From assembly GCA_951406725.2 (NCBI GenBank), contig OX597837.1, positions 8,184,001-8,248,000 on the forward strand: DNA of 64,000 nt. The letters are read 5' to 3'. Under the pieces are notes generated by a model. It saw nothing but the letters and a program-made list of their open reading frames with translations. It was not told the DNA's origin and ran no database searches. Positions within the stretch are counted from its first letter, which is position 1; the number at the start of each line of letters is the position of its first letter. Made by a program: the position numbers and the translations under genes. Shown here one piece after another: positions 39,817 through 54,336 of the stretch. Source of the DNA: Octopus vulgaris. Taxonomy: Eukaryota.

Positions 39817-41093
39817 CTGTTTGTCTCAGCCATTGGGCTGCGACTCTGCTGGGGCGACTCCTTTAAGGGTTTATACGAACCAATCGACCGCAGTACAGTT
39901 TACCGGTTTTCTTTTGTCGAACCATTAAGTTACGAGGACATAAAAACCAGTACTGGCTGTCAAGCGGTGCGACACCCCATCAACAGTCGAATACACACAC
40001 GTATACACATACACGCTTGCGCACACATATGCACTTACATACACACACTCGTATTTAAAAGCTGTTGTAAAAATTACTCGATACAACCACAATATTCTTT
40101 AGAATGTTATCACCTATTAAAAAGCATTATCTTTAATAAAAGAGTGCTACTAACTTTTGTAGAAGGCGTTTTCAAATAGCCACTATACTGCAGTGTGTAT
40201 TTTGTGTATAAGTGCTTTCGTTGTTCAGCTTTTCAAACACACGTATTCTGGGCTAATACATATAGAGATAGTTATTTTTAGAAGTGGTGTTAACTAATAT
40301 TAGTTTTAGTTTCGGATTTCGAAGTTTTCTAAAGCATTCTCATTTTGCTTTTCGTTGCTGATAATTTTCGTCTTTTATTTTGTAAAAACGGGGAATAGTT
40401 TAAATATACTATTTGCATAAATGTCTACTCACATTTCCTACATTCAGCTCGAAACCTGAGGCCATGCCGGGAAGGAGACATATCTAAGAGATGAGACTTT
40501 GATTTGTTGCTTGTGCACATTTACACGGCTACTTAACTCTGGACCTGTTCCTCCAATGTAATTCTCACTGCAATGTGGGCATGTGATGCGGTAGATGACA
40601 TATTTTGTTTTGCAGTTCAGGTTTACATTCAGTTTCAATTCTTTTCCATTCTCGAATGTTCTGGTTGTTCCTTGTTCGTTCATTTCATATGCCCCACAAT
40701 GAAGATCTCCATTTTGTTACCAGCATTATTTCTTTCTCCGATATGAATCTCTCCTTCGTTCAGAATCTCTCCTTTGTTCAGAATCTCTTGAGAGTTGATG
40801 TATGTCTTCGGCTGTTGATGATTTGTGATTTAAGAAAAAAAAAACTTTCAGAGATACCATGATTGATGTAGAATTGGGAGTTCATTCTGTCTATCTGTCT
40901 GTCAGTCTGTCTATCTCTCTGTTTGTCTCTCTCTTTCTCTCTCTCTCTCTCACTCTCTCTCTTACGACAGGCTTCTGCAACACAGTTTCCGTCTACAAAA
41001 TTCACTCAAAAAGCATTGGTCGTCCATGTTCTAAAGTAGCCTAGGTGCGGCGTTGTGAACCTGAACCCCAAGCCACTCAGCCATGCCTACGCC
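39817..41093 (-). mobile_element. Old SINE A split into tail (39817-39980) and head (40960-41093) halves
   Basis: Both halves are on the minus strand in the right order, separated at the central microsatellite by ~0.9 kb. Confidence 0.55.
40085..40760 (-). pseudogene. Penelope-like element GIY-YIG endonuclease relic and 3' end
   Basis: ORF 40444-40683: LNCKTKYVIYRITCPHCSENYIGGTGPELSSRVNVHKQQI; downstream frameshifted FP-YKIKDENYQQRKAK*ECF...PKL matches the PLE C-terminus. Confidence 0.85.
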
Positions 41094-41124
41094 TCTGTTT
41101 AAAGCTATCAGTATCTATAACTAC

Positions 41125-41213
<89 letters not shown>

Positions 41214-41290
41214 CCTACCTACCTATCTATCTATCTATCTATCTACCTACCTACCTACCTACCTACCTACCTACCTACCTACCTACCTAC

Positions 41291-41338
<48 letters not shown>

Positions 41339-41364
41339 ATGACTATCTATCCATCCATCCATCC

Positions 41365-41426
<62 letters not shown>

Positions 41427-41898
41427 TTAAATATCCATCTATTTTAAACTGTTTCCTTGTCCTGTGCAGGCACAAACCTCCCTCAGGTAAATACATCTTC
41501 AATATTCGTTCGCCGATTTCATTTTCTCATTTCCATGTTTTAACATATTTAGAAAAAAAAATGTAGTTTTAACCTCAGCAATTTGTAAAGTTTTTCTATA
41601 ATCAATAATTATAATATATTACCAAACAAATAAAATTTCTTTTCCCCAAAAAAAGGTAAAAAAAACTTTCCATGTATCTGTCATTCAGCGTGCTCTCCCC
41701 ACCTAGTCTTCTTCTCTCCTTGCGCCTCACTTTTTTCTCTCATAAATTATATCCCACAACGCATCATGCTGTCAGTTTCTATATTTTCTCTTTAATAAAG
41801 TTTTTTTTTTTCATTTACATCTTTCAAAACATCAGAGATACGCGATATGCAAATGAAAGCTCTCCCTAAAATTCCTTTTCTTTCTTTCTTTCTTCCTC

Positions 41899-41960
<62 letters not shown>

Positions 41961-42050
41961 TTTCTTTCCTTCCTTCTTTCCTTCCTTCCTTCCTTCCTTC
42001 CTTCCTTCTTTCTTTCTTTCTTTCTTTCTTTCCTTTTCTTTCTTTCTTTC
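41125..42050. repeat. (CTAT)n/(CCTA)n (41125-41425) and (CTTT)n (41875-42050) microsatellites
   Basis: Directly visible. Confidence 0.95.
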
Positions 42051-42164
42051 TTCATGGTTGTAATTCATAAATCATCGTTTCTCCTCCAAACAAATTAACT
42101 GCTTTCATTACTGAATATACATACATCACCATCATTATTTGACCCCCCCCCCGCCATCCTTCAG

Positions 42165-43025
42165 GCAGCAAGCTGGCAGCATCGTTCCTGCGGCGGACAA
42201 AAGAAACGCTTGCTGGCATTTCTTTATTCTCTTTACGTTCTGAGTTCAAATTTCGCCAGGGTCAACTTTGATTCTCATCTTTTCCGGATCGATAAAAAAA
42301 AGTACTATTTGAAAAATGGCGTCGATGCAATAGCTTTTTCCATCAAAATTTCAGGCCTATAGTCGAAAGAATTATTGTCTTACTATTGTTAGAATATGGA
42401 TGCTGTTTTTAGTATCTGAACTATTTCTGGGCATTGTTTTATTATTTTTCTCTTTTTTGGCTTGGGCGATTGGCAGAATCGTTTGAACGACGAACAAAAT
42501 TATTTGTGGTTCTTTATAAGTTCAAATCCTACACATAGCGTTATGAGTTCAAATCGTGTTAAAAGAAAACTTCCGTTTTCAAATCGTCTTAAAACAAAAC
42601 TTCCACTTTCAAATCGTGTTAAAACAAAACTTCCACTTTCAAATCGTGTTAAAACAAAACTCGTGTTAAAACAAAACTTCCGCTTTTAAATCGTGTTAAC
42701 ACAAAACTTCCGCTTTCAGGATGGATAAATAATATAAATCAGTTAAGAATTGCATTCGATTCGATGGAATAAACTAAGACCTATCGCCCATCTCACATCC
42801 CACACTAAGAATTGCTGGCTTTGTGTCTTGACGAAAATTAATTCGTAGTCTACTATTGGTTTCAAATTTTGGCAAAATGCCAGCAACTTTTTGGGTGAGC
42901 GGATGAGTCGATTTCCTCGTCTCCAGGAATCAACTTGTCCTCATTTCATTGACCTCGAAAGGGATGGAAATGTCGACCTCGGCGGAATTTAAGCTCAGAA
43001 CGTAAAGACGGCGGAAATGCCGTAA
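42165..43025. mobile_element. Cluster of degenerate SINE B copies (42165-42375 +, 42463-42830 +, 42900-43025 -)
   Basis: agctggcag..ttacgttctgagttcaaattt; gtcgacctcggcggaatttaagctcagaacgtaa. Confidence 0.65.
42549..42717. repeat. 30-bp minisatellite, ~5.5 copies
   Basis: ttcaaatcgtgttaaaacaaaacttccact tandem units. Confidence 0.9.
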
Positions 43026-43086
43026 TTTGAAATCGGTGTATAAATGTTTGAGAGTTGGTACCACTTTTTGAAATAACAATGCACAA

Positions 43087-43505
43087 CGGTCGTAGTTGTG
43101 TGGTAAAACGTTGGCTTCGCAAACACATGGTTCCGGGTTCAGTCCCGCTGCATGACAGCTACGGCGATTATCTTTTACAACAGCCTGAGGCCGATTAATG
43201 CCTTGCGAGTGGATTTTGTAGATGGAAACTGAAAGAATCCCACGGTATATGTATATAGATATATGCGTGTGCGTGTGAGTGAGTGTGTGCGTATGTATAT
43301 AAGTGTGTGTGGCTTTGGGTTTGTATTTGCCTCCACACCACCACCACCACCACCACTACATGACAATCAGTGTTGGTCTGTTTGCGTATCTATCACCTAG
43401 AGGTTCAGCAAAAGAGACCGATAGAACAAAAATTAAACACCGTGGGCGATTCGTCCGACTGGAAAATTCTTCGAGGTGGTGCTCCAGCATGGCCGCTAAT
43501 AACTG
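43087..43505 (+). mobile_element. Degenerate SINE A
   Basis: cacatggttccgggttcagtcccgctgc...ggtggtgctccagcatggccgc. Confidence 0.8.
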
Positions 43506-44233
43506 TTCTTTGGTTTGCATTTCCTATTACACAATCATTGGCGAGACATCGTGGGACTTTCGATGCAGATCACACAAATTTTCGTTCTCTTTCTTTCATT
43601 ACCTTCTTCTTTCCTTCTTTCCTTTTTTCCATTCACTTTTCTTCCTTTCTTTTCATCAAGGCATTATTCAGTTTCTTTCTCTCTTCTTCATTCCTCCTTT
43701 CTTTCTTCTTTTCTTCCTTCCTTCCTTCTTTCCTTCGTTCACGTTTTTCTCCTTTGTTTTTTTTTTTTTCAATTAACAACGGAAACTATTTAATTATTTA
43801 CCAAATATTCCAGTTATCCTAGTTGAATTAACTTGCGATAAGACTTTCTAACGGAAACCAATCGTAAATAAGCTCAAACATGTATGTATGCAAGTATGTA
43901 TGTATGTATGTATGTATGTATGTATGTATGTATGTATGTATGTATGTATGTATGTATGTATGTATGTATGTATGCATGTATATGTATGTATATAGGTAAG
44001 ACTTGAACGCGCCATTAAGATAGAGGACAGACAAGATATATTTATATATACATATACCGTTACATGTATAAACGCATACGCACTCGTATATATGTGTATA
44101 TATATATATATTATGTATATACATATATTGCATATATATAATAAATATGTATATATACATATAAAAACGTATATATTATGCATGCATATACATACATATA
44201 TACAAACATATATACATACATATATATATATAT

Positions 44234-44314
<81 letters not shown>

Positions 44315-44443
44315 CATATATATATACACATACCGATACATACGTATATGCACACATGCGCAGCATAGACGTAGCTATATGTGTATATACATGTCTATAT
44401 AGAAATAGCGATGTAAGCATTAAACCTGTATACTTACAGAGAC

Positions 44444-44493
<50 letters not shown>

Positions 44494-44850
44494 ACTCTAT
44501 ATATATATATATATACATACATGTATAGATATATATATATACATACATACTTACATGCTTGCACACAATAATGTTTTAACTTGCTCATTAATGATGTACA
44601 TTTATTTAACGAGTTTCTAACGACCTGTCACAAAATTAGACAGATTGTAAAATAACACTTCATCAGCTGCACTAAACCAATATCCTAAAATTTCCGCTCA
44701 TTCAATGTCATCATGTGCGCGCGCATGGGTGTATATGCCTAGTGTGTACGACTGTGTGTCTGAGTGTGTGCGTGTGTGTACACTTGTAGTTACATATGTA
44801 TATATGTATGTGTGTGTATGTGTTTGTATATTTGTATATCTTTATATATT

Positions 44851-44964
<114 letters not shown>

Positions 44965-45375
44965 CGTGTATGTATATGTATGTTTGCGTAAGAATTCATA
45001 TATATAACTGTAGATAGGAAGGTGATACTCTCTGTATGTGGTGTGAAATTTGTGTATATATACACGCGCACACGTGAATATATGTTTATATATGTAAACA
45101 CACACGCACACACACGCACACACACACACACACACGCACACACAAATGCACAAAAACACGTGTGTGTCTGTTTGTAGGCATCTATAAGTAAATGCATATT
45201 TGTAAATATATCGATATACATAAAGAGACTTTTAATGGGAATATGCGTGTATATAATATATATATAAACACACATACACACACATATATCGTTATATATA
45301 TATATATAAACACATGTACAGGAATATACACTGGCATGGCTTCGTATAATATATATATATATATATATATATAAG

Positions 45376-45408
<33 letters not shown>

Positions 45409-45409
45409 G

Positions 45410-45447
<38 letters not shown>

Positions 45448-45469
45448 GTATATATCTGTGTGTGTATGT

Positions 45470-45660
45470 TTGCGTGTCTGTGTTTGTCACCACGCCATTG
45501 CCTGACAAACAATGCTGGTGTGTTCAAGTCCCCGTAACCTAGCGGCTCGGCAGAGAGACCGATAGAATAAGTACTAGCTTACAAAGAATAAGTCCTGGGG
45601 TCGATTTGCTCGACTAAAGGCGGTACTCCAGCATGGCCGCAGTCAAATGACTGAAACAAA
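45470..45660 (+). mobile_element. SINE A 3' half
   Basis: gagaccgatagaataagtactag..gtcgatttgctcgactaaaggcggtactccagcatggccgcagtcaaatgactgaaac. Confidence 0.85.
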
Positions 45661-45753
45661 AGTATCTAAGAATATATATATATATATATATGTGTGTGTT
45701 TGTGTGTGTGTGTGTGTACGTTTATATATATATATATATATACATATAAGAGT

Positions 45754-45802
<49 letters not shown>

Positions 45803-46185
45803 CGTGTTCCTCGTCTACATTCCAAATATGGTATATTGTCTCATTATCGTTTCATGCAGGCACTAGAGAATTGTCCCATAAATGATTTAAAAACCCATTA
45901 ATACTTATTTAGACAGCAACCTCCATTAAGATAGTTTGTTTCAAGGTGTTCGCTTGACTCGGCGTCTCATATTAGATTAACAAAAACAACAACAAGATAA
46001 TACAAAACTAAAAAAAAAAAGACAAAGAAACAAACGGCCAAATGATCTTTGACATCATCAGAAAGTTACGAAAGTTTAAAAGTGATTATAGCTTGTAGAC
46101 CGGGACGTAGCGTATAGCTGGTATTTATTTTCTTGATTCATGAAGAAGAAGAATGAGATAGTTTTGTGTGTTCTGTATATATATA

Positions 46186-46624
46186 GGTGCAGGAGTGGCT
46201 GTGTGGTAAGTAGCTTGCTTACTAACCACATGGTTCCGGGTTCATTCCCACTGCGTGGCACCCTGGGCAAGTGTCTTCTACTATAGCCTCGGGTCGAGCA
46301 AAGCCTTGTGAGTGGATCTGGTAGACGGAAACTGAAAGAAGCCCGTCATATATATGTGTGTGCGTGTATGTGTGTGTGTGCGTATATGTGTGTGCGTATA
46401 TGTGTGTGTGTGTATGTGTGTGTCTATGTTTGTCCCCTTAGCATTTCTTGACAACCGATGCTGGCGTGTTTATGTCCCTGTCACTTAGCGGTTCGGCAAA
46501 AAGAGACCGATAGAATAAGCACTGGGCTTACAAAGAATAAGTCCCGGGGTCGAGTTGCTCGACTAAAGGCGGTGCTCCAGCATGGCCACAGTCAAATGAC
46601 TGAAACAAGTAAAAGAGTAAAGAG
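46186..46624 (+). mobile_element. SINE family A, full length
   Basis: Near-consensus match. Confidence 0.92.
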
Positions 46625-47062
46625 CGTACGCCATAATTGCTGGGATACATCGTCCAGAAAAATCTTCTTGCACGAAACCAAGTGCTGAAAAACACATGAA
46701 TGTCACAGACCAAGCTAAGCAACTCCTCACAGGTTTTGGTCAAACTGAAGATATCGTCGAGGACAGTTGCCCAAGATGCCACGCAGTGGGACTGAACCTG
46801 GAACCGCGTGGTTGGTAAGCAAGCTTCTTACGTATGTATATATACGAACGGAAAAGCAAACAGTAGAACACCAATGGCAGTTTGATTCTAATGGAGCAGC
46901 GTTTTCACCAATGAGGCACAGTGCCAAAGGAAGGCAAGTTGCTTCTCTAACGGACCTGGCTTTAAGAGAAAGTCTTTGCAAATCTGCTCAGCTCAGAGAT
47001 TGAAATGGAGTCGAAGCCGTTTCACAAGTTTCAATAGGATTTGCAGTATTTTTTCTTTTTTT

Positions 47063-47357
47063 TTTTTGTTTCTTTGTTCCTTCTCGAGCCTTGACTGGCT
47101 GATAAGGGCCGGTTTCCCGGTTTCTTGGCGTATAGGTTCCCCACCTGGACGGGACGCCGGTCCGTCGCAGGTGAGCTGCAAGATGCAGGAGGAAAAAGTG
47201 AGAGGAAAGTTGTGGCGAAAAAGTCAGCAGAAGTTCGCCATTACCTTCTGCCGGAGCCGCGTGGAGCTTAAGTGTTTCGCCCATAAATACACACATCGCC
47301 TGGTCTGAGATTCGAAGCCGCGATCCCTCGACCGCGAGTCCGCTGCTCTAACCACTG
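47063..47357 (-). mobile_element. SINE family C
   Basis: Reverse complement of the 359-653 family. Confidence 0.88.
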
Positions 47358-47423
47358 CTGCTGCTGTTACTGCTGCTGCTGCTATTGATACTACCACTAA
47401 TACTGTTGCGGCTGCTGCTACAA

Positions 47424-47458
<35 letters not shown>

Positions 47459-48090
47459 CCTGCTGCTGCTACTACTACTACTACTGCTGGTATACTACCA
47501 TCGCTGCTATTGATACTACAACTACTACTACTACATACTACCAGAAATAGAAATAGAAGTCATAGAAGTAGTATGATGGCGACGACCACGCCCACGACCA
47601 CAACAGCGTAAGTTAAACGACAGGCTATCACAGCAACAAATCACAAACGTACGCCAAGATGGCTGTCAAGCGAAGTTTAGAGATGGCTTCTCGTAGTAAA
47701 TCTTTCTTAAGTAAATCATTGGTCCTGCCTCCATGTCACGTGATATCACTACTTAAATGTGTACTCTTCATAAGCGTTTAATGTGTACAGATCACAGACA
47801 CACAGACATATACACGCATACAAGTGTATACGTTCGATATACACATTTATTGAAACCCACACCCAACCCCGCACGTGCTCACAAACCTAACATAGATATA
47901 TATATATATATGCAGGTATATATGTATATGTATGTGTATATACGTGTACATGTGTGTGTATAATTATATATATATATATACGTATATATATGTGTATATA
48001 TATGTATACATATGTATACATATATGTATATATATATAAAATGAATATATATATACATATATGTATTTATATATGCATATAAATATATAA

Positions 48091-48130
<40 letters not shown>

Positions 48131-48132
48131 GA

Positions 48133-48165
<33 letters not shown>

Positions 48166-48469
48166 ATGAATATATATAGATATGTATATATATATATGTA
48201 TATATATGTATATATATATGTATATATATGTATATATATATATATATGTATATATATGTACATATATATATATGTATATATATGAATATATATATACACG
48301 CGTATATAAACGTGCAGCCACCGGTTGATTTATTGTTTATTGTAGCAATCCGCTCTACTAAGAACGAAGCATTTATAATTTCAAAGTTTATAACGTTAAG
48401 TCGCACGATATCATATTTCATTTAGCACCATTATTGTTGTTGTTATTGTTTGTTGTGTTCAACAGCAAC

Positions 48470-48596
48470 ATCCTCGTCATTATCGCCGTCGTCTTTGTCA
48501 TCGCTGTTGCCGTTGTCGTCGTCATTTTCTTCATCAACATCATTATCATCATCATCATTACCATCAACAACATCATCACCTTCGCCAACGTCGCCG

Positions 48597-48642
<46 letters not shown>

Positions 48643-48856
48643 TATCCTCATCAGCACCATCATCGTCGTCGTCGTCGTCATCATCATCATCATCATCATC
48701 ACTGCTACCACTAGAAGCAGCTTCATCATCTTGCTCCTCCTCTCCACCGTCATCATCATCATCATCATCATCATCACCGACGTCGTCATCATCATCATCA
48801 TCATCATCTTCATCTTCATCGTCGTCGTCGTCGTTGTCATCATCATCATCATCATT

Positions 48857-48892
<36 letters not shown>

Positions 48893-49148
48893 TTCATCGT
48901 CGTCGTCGTCGTCGTCATCATCATCATCATCCTCATCATCAACATCATCATCACCATCATCATCATCTTCATCATCGTCATCATCATCATCGTCGTCGTC
49001 GTCATCATCATCAACATCACCATCATCATCATCATCATCGTCATCATCGTCATCATCATCATCATCGTCTTCATGTCGTCAGTTCGTTGTTGTCATTTGT
49101 CCTTGTAATGTCCCTCCTTACCTGACGCCCCTGTGACAAATAAAAGAA

Positions 49149-49220
<72 letters not shown>
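48470..49220. repeat. (CAT)n/(CGT)n then (TAT)n repeats
   Basis: Directly visible. Confidence 0.95.
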
Positions 49221-49234
<14 letters not shown>

Positions 49235-49255
49235 TATAATATATATATATATATA

Positions 49256-49750
49256 GGCGCAGAAGTGGCTGTGTGGTAAGTAGCTTGCTTACCAACCACA
49301 TGGTTCCGGGTTCAGTCCCACTGCGTGGCACCTTGGGCACGTGGCTTCTACTATAGCCTCGGGCCGACCAAAGCCTTGTGAGTGGATTTGGTAGACGGAA
49401 ACTGAAAGAAGCCCGTCGTATATATGTATGTATGTATGTGTATGTATGTATATATATATATATATATATATTGTTGTATTTAGGAATGGTCATTTTGCCA
49501 GTTTAGACAATATATATATATATGTATGTGTGTATATGTTTGTGTGTCTGTGATTGTCCCCCCAACATCGCTTGACAACCGATACTGGTGTGTTTACGTC
49601 CCCGTCACTTAGCGGTTCGGCAAATGAGACCGATAGAATAAGTACTTGGCTTACAACGAATAAGTCCTGGGATGGATTTGCTCGACAAAAGGCGGTGCTC
49701 CAGCATGGCCACAATCAAATGACTGAAACAAGGAATAAAGTAAAAGAGAG
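49256..49750 (+). mobile_element. SINE A with a 40-bp insert in its central (TA)n
   Basis: Near-consensus A; extra ttgttgtatttaggaatggtcattttgccagtttagacaa at 49471-49510. Confidence 0.9.
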
Positions 49751-50028
49751 CAGATCGTCTTGGTTTTCCAAAACCCAGCCACACATCTCTACATTGCTCC
49801 GTTTTAAAGAGTCATATCTTCCTTCAGAGTGATTTACCTCCATAACACACGCACCGCTTTAATAATACATAGATTTGAGCATGGACATTATTGTTAAGAC
49901 GAATATACGTTAGAGTAGTATGTCTGATAGTCATGCAATTTAAACTGGTTTTATAGACAGAGAATCTGTTGGAAATGGAAGCTGAGATCCACATTGAAGC
50001 ACATTCGATGATGTAATACTAGATACGT

Positions 50029-50338
50029 GGAGGTACAATGGCCCAGTGGTTAGGCAGCGAAGTCGCGGTCGGAGGATCGCGGTTTCGATTACCAGACCGG
50101 GCGTTGTATGTGTTTATTGAGCGAAAACACCTAAAGCTCCACGAGGTTGCGGCAGGTGGTGGGCGACCCCTGTTGTACTCTTTCGCCCCCAAATTTTTCT
50201 CACTTTCTCTTCCTGTTTCTTGAGTAACGTTGCTGTGGACTTGCGTCACGTCCAGCTGGGGGAACACATACGCCATAGAAACCGGGAAACCGGGCACATG
50301 AGCCTGGCTAGGCTTGAAAAGGGCGCATAAGATAATAA
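50029..50338 (+). mobile_element. SINE family C variant
   Basis: ggaggtacaatggcccagtggttagg head; TSD-like taatactagata / taacactagata. Confidence 0.85.
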
Positions 50339-50555
50339 TAACACTAGATATATTTTATACCTGAATGTTTAGACGTCTGAAACGTCTCTAATCATAGGTG
50401 TGCTGCATCTGAACAAAACTGGTGGAGAATAATATTTTAGATATTGCGCGTGTCTGTGGAGTGCTCAGCCATCAGCACGTTAATTTCATGAGCCGGCTTC
50501 TTCCGTTGGGTGGATCAACCGGAACTCGCGTCGTCGTAACCGACGGAGTACCACT

Positions 50556-50586
<31 letters not shown>

Positions 50587-51008
50587 CTATATGTGTGTAT
50601 GGTATATATGTGTTGGGTATATACGTGTATGTGCGCCCGTGTATGTGTGTATGTGAGTGTGCGTGATGTGCCATACAGTTTTCTACTACTGACATTTTCC
50701 TCACAAAACAATTTTTACTGATATTAAAAATATTTTTAAAGTTATTTATGGTTTCATCATTGCTAAAATTTCCAAATACATGGAAATGTTATTTAAATAA
50801 TGATATTTCTTAGAAAAATATATTTTGTTTAAAATTTTGCTTCTTCAAAGACAACAAAATATGCAAAAGAATATATATTTGATTGAATTGTCAATCTTAG
50901 CAGAGTCTGTGGTGCCAGAAAACAAGATTTGGGAATGCATATTTTAGAATCAAAGGTATGTTTATATATAGTCATTAACCATAACAACAACAACAAAAAT
51001 AATGATAA

Positions 51009-51050
<42 letters not shown>

Positions 51051-51170
51051 TAAATACATAAATATATGTGTATTAAAGGAAGGAGCCAAACAGATTTTGT
51101 TCTTCCGATGTTGAGAAGGAAATCGATACTGGATATATATACGCATGTATATCTAATGTATATACATACA

Positions 51171-51226
<56 letters not shown>

Positions 51227-51499
51227 TGTGTATATGTTTGTATGTATTTATGTATATATGATGCATGTATAGATATGTGTGTGAGTGTGTATGTGTGGGT
51301 GTGTGTTTGTATGTATATGTTACATATATGTACATATATATGCATATACACACACACGTACACACATGTATGTATATATATGTACACACACATATACACA
51401 CACGCGCGAGCGTCATTCATAGCTAGAAAATAACATCGTCTAACAAACCCTATAATCACGAGAAACACACTACACAAGCTTTCTCAGTCACTCAAATTG

Positions 51500-51860
51500 A
51501 TGTCCCTTACTACCTCACTACCTTATTATCGCCGAGGACACTTCCTGGCAAAAGTACAACAACCACAAAGATCTTGGCAGCATGATAGGCCCCTGGGAAA
51601 AGTAATGCCCAGAGCCCTATGATATTTATTTATTGATATCAAGCCGCAGTATACAGAGATCAGAACTGAGCCCCTTGACTCGTGAAGCGAGCCACAATAT
51701 ACATAAGTCAGAATTGGATTCCTAGACCCTGTGGAGCCCCAGGACAACTCTCCAGTGTCCGCTGACCCTAGGACAGCCTTGAATCTTCTGCAATAACTAG
51801 TGAAGTCTCAAACACACGGCCTCGTATTTAGGATACTAAAGATTTTTTTTCATTCTTCGG
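51500..51860 (-). pseudogene. Possible LINE AP-endonuclease relic
   Basis: Frameshifted LVIAED-KAVLG...VVLGLHRV resembles V.GDFNA.LG...V.G.HG. Confidence 0.3.
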
Positions 51861-52199
51861 CAATTATGGATATATTCCAACGCTCAGATTACGTTCAATA
51901 ATGGATTATTGCCCCCACATCAAGGACAGAGTTCATACTGCTGTTAATTCGTTGGTACATACAGAGACGGCTTAACCGCATCCAGGAAAACGCTCTGCCT
52001 GCTGTGCGGAGTGTCTTTCCTCAATGTAGAATGGAGTGTGTTTCATCAAGGACAAAATATGCACATGGGACTCGAACTCACAATCTGATGATCGTGAGCT
52101 GGACACTGTTACCACTAAGCTGTGGCCTTCACGATAACAATATAAGAATAGATGAGAAGACCATGGTCTCTGCCCCTCCCTCACACTCTGTTAATTCGA

Positions 52200-52263
<64 letters not shown>

Positions 52264-52265
52264 AA

Positions 52266-52341
<76 letters not shown>

Positions 52342-52342
52342 A

Positions 52343-52480
52343 TTCTTTTACTTGTTTCATTCATCTGACTGTGGCCATGCTGGAGCATTGAATTTAGTCG
52401 AACAAATTGACCCCAGGACTTATTCTTTGTATGCCTAGTACTTATTCTATCGTTCTCTTTTTGCTGAACCGCTAGTTTAC
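52343..52480 (-). mobile_element. SINE A tail fragment
   Basis: ttactt gtttca..gactgtggccatgctggagca..gaccccaggacttattctttgta. Confidence 0.8.
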
Positions 52481-52491
52481 GAACCAAAATC

Positions 52492-52640
52492 AGGGACTAA
52501 AGCCATCTGAATATTGCTAGGGACAGGGCTAAATGCAACAGTAACACCCCCACCACCCTGCCCTGTCCCTAGCCATATTTAGATGGCTTTAGTCCCTTAT
52601 GTTATGGAGCAGTTACTGTCTATATCTCATTTAGAGAATT
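52492..52640 (+). repeat. 38-bp inverted repeat (52492-52529 / 52560-52597) plus extension into (TA)n
   Basis: agggactaaagccatctgaatattgctagggacagggc / gccctgtccctagccatatttagatggctttagtccct. Confidence 0.85.
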
Positions 52641-52744
52641 ATTATATATATATATATATATGTGTATATATATATATATATGTGTATATATATATATCTA
52701 TAGCCACACACACACACACATATATATTGGCCACACATATATAG

Positions 52745-52975
52745 AAGCGGCGAGCTGGCAGAAACGTTAGCGCGCCGGGCGAAATGCTTAGCGGTATTTC
52801 GTCTGTCGTTACTTTCTGAGTTCAAATTCCGCCCAGGTTGACTTTGCCTTTCATCCTTTCGGGTCGATTAATAAAGTACCAGTTTCACACTGGGGTCGAT
52901 GTAATCGACTTAATCCCTTTGTCTGTCCTTGTTTGTCCCCTCTATGTTTAGCCCCTTGTGGGTAGTAAAGAAATA
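52745..52975 (+). mobile_element. SINE family B
   Basis: Full B match. Confidence 0.9.
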
Positions 52976-52980
52976 TATAT

Positions 52981-53100
52981 TGGCCTGCTCACTTAGCCAG
53001 CGGGGTGGCATTATTTGAAGGCTAAAACAATGCGAAGCGCATTCTGACCAGCGATGTGTAGCAACATCTGATAGCCTGGTCACTCACGTGATCACGTGAT
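52981..53100 (+). mobile_element. SINE D tail fragment
   Basis: Matches 17661-17762. Confidence 0.75.
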
Positions 53101-53594
53101 ATATATATATATGTATATATAATGCGTGTGGTATTGTTTGCTCACTATTAACATAGCAGTTAGCCCGAAGAAACTGATAGATTAATTATTAGTTTTAAAA
53201 ATACTGGGGCCGATATGTTCAGTTAAATCCTGCAAGATGATACCCCAGCATGGCCGCAGTCCAATGACCGAAACAATTTAAATATAACAAATGGAAAACC
53301 AATAAAATGGAATCTGGTTTTCGTGTATTTACGGACATTATCTGACTGTAATATGTGATTAGCAGCGAAGTGGTCGCCATTTTGATCTGTTTGTATAGGA
53401 ATCGGCTTAAAAACACTTAGAAGAGGGCGTTAGGGATGGAGAAGAGGAGGAGTTGTAGAAAGTAGAAGCTGAAGGGGAGAAGAAGGTAGATAATGAGAAG
53501 GAGAAGAGGAGGAGAAGGAGAAGAAGATGATGATGAAAGAAGAACAAGGAGAAATTGAAAGATAAATGCAAGATGTAGAATAAGAAAAGAAGGG

Positions 53595-53619
53595 ATAATA
53601 ATAATAATAGTAATGATGA

Positions 53620-53658
<39 letters not shown>

Positions 53659-53708
53659 AAGTAGAAGTAGTAGTAATAGTAGTAGACGTAGTAGTAGTAG
53701 AAGTAGAA

Positions 53709-53739
<31 letters not shown>

Positions 53740-54227
53740 AAGTAGTAGTAGAAGTAATAGTAGTAGTAGTTGTTGTAGTAGTAGTAGTCGTAGTAGTAGT
53801 AGTCGTAGTAGTAGTTGTTGTAGTAGTAGTAGTCGTAGTAGTAGTAGTCGTAGTAGTAGTTGTTGTAGTAGTAGTAGTAGTAATAGTAGTAGTTGTAGTA
53901 GTAGTAGTAGAAGTAGTAGTAGTAGTAGTAGAAGTTGTAGTAGTAGCAGCAGTAGCAGTAGCATTAGTAGTAGTAGTAGTAGTAGTAGACGTAGTAGTAG
54001 TAGTAGTAGAAGTAGTAGTAATAATAGTAGAAGTAATAGTAGTAGAAGTAGTAGTAGTTGTAGTAGTAGAAGTAGAAGTAGTAGTAGTTGTTGTAGTAGT
54101 AGTCGTAGTAGTAGTTGTTGTAGTAGTAGTAGTAGTAGTAGTAGAAGTAGTAGTAGTAGTAGTAGTAGAAGTAGTAGTTGTAGAAATAGTAGTAGCAGCA
54201 GCAGCAGCAGTAGTAGTAGTCGTCGTC

Positions 54228-54263
<36 letters not shown>

Positions 54264-54279
54264 GTATTAGTAGTAGTAT

Positions 54280-54336
<57 letters not shown>

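Noticed and set aside
40444-40683. Functional endonuclease gene
   Set aside because: Flanking coding motifs are frameshifted, contain stops, and there is no RT upstream; it is a relic.
42549-42717. CRISPR array
   Set aside because: Contiguous tandem units with no unique spacers, eukaryotic context, no cas genes.
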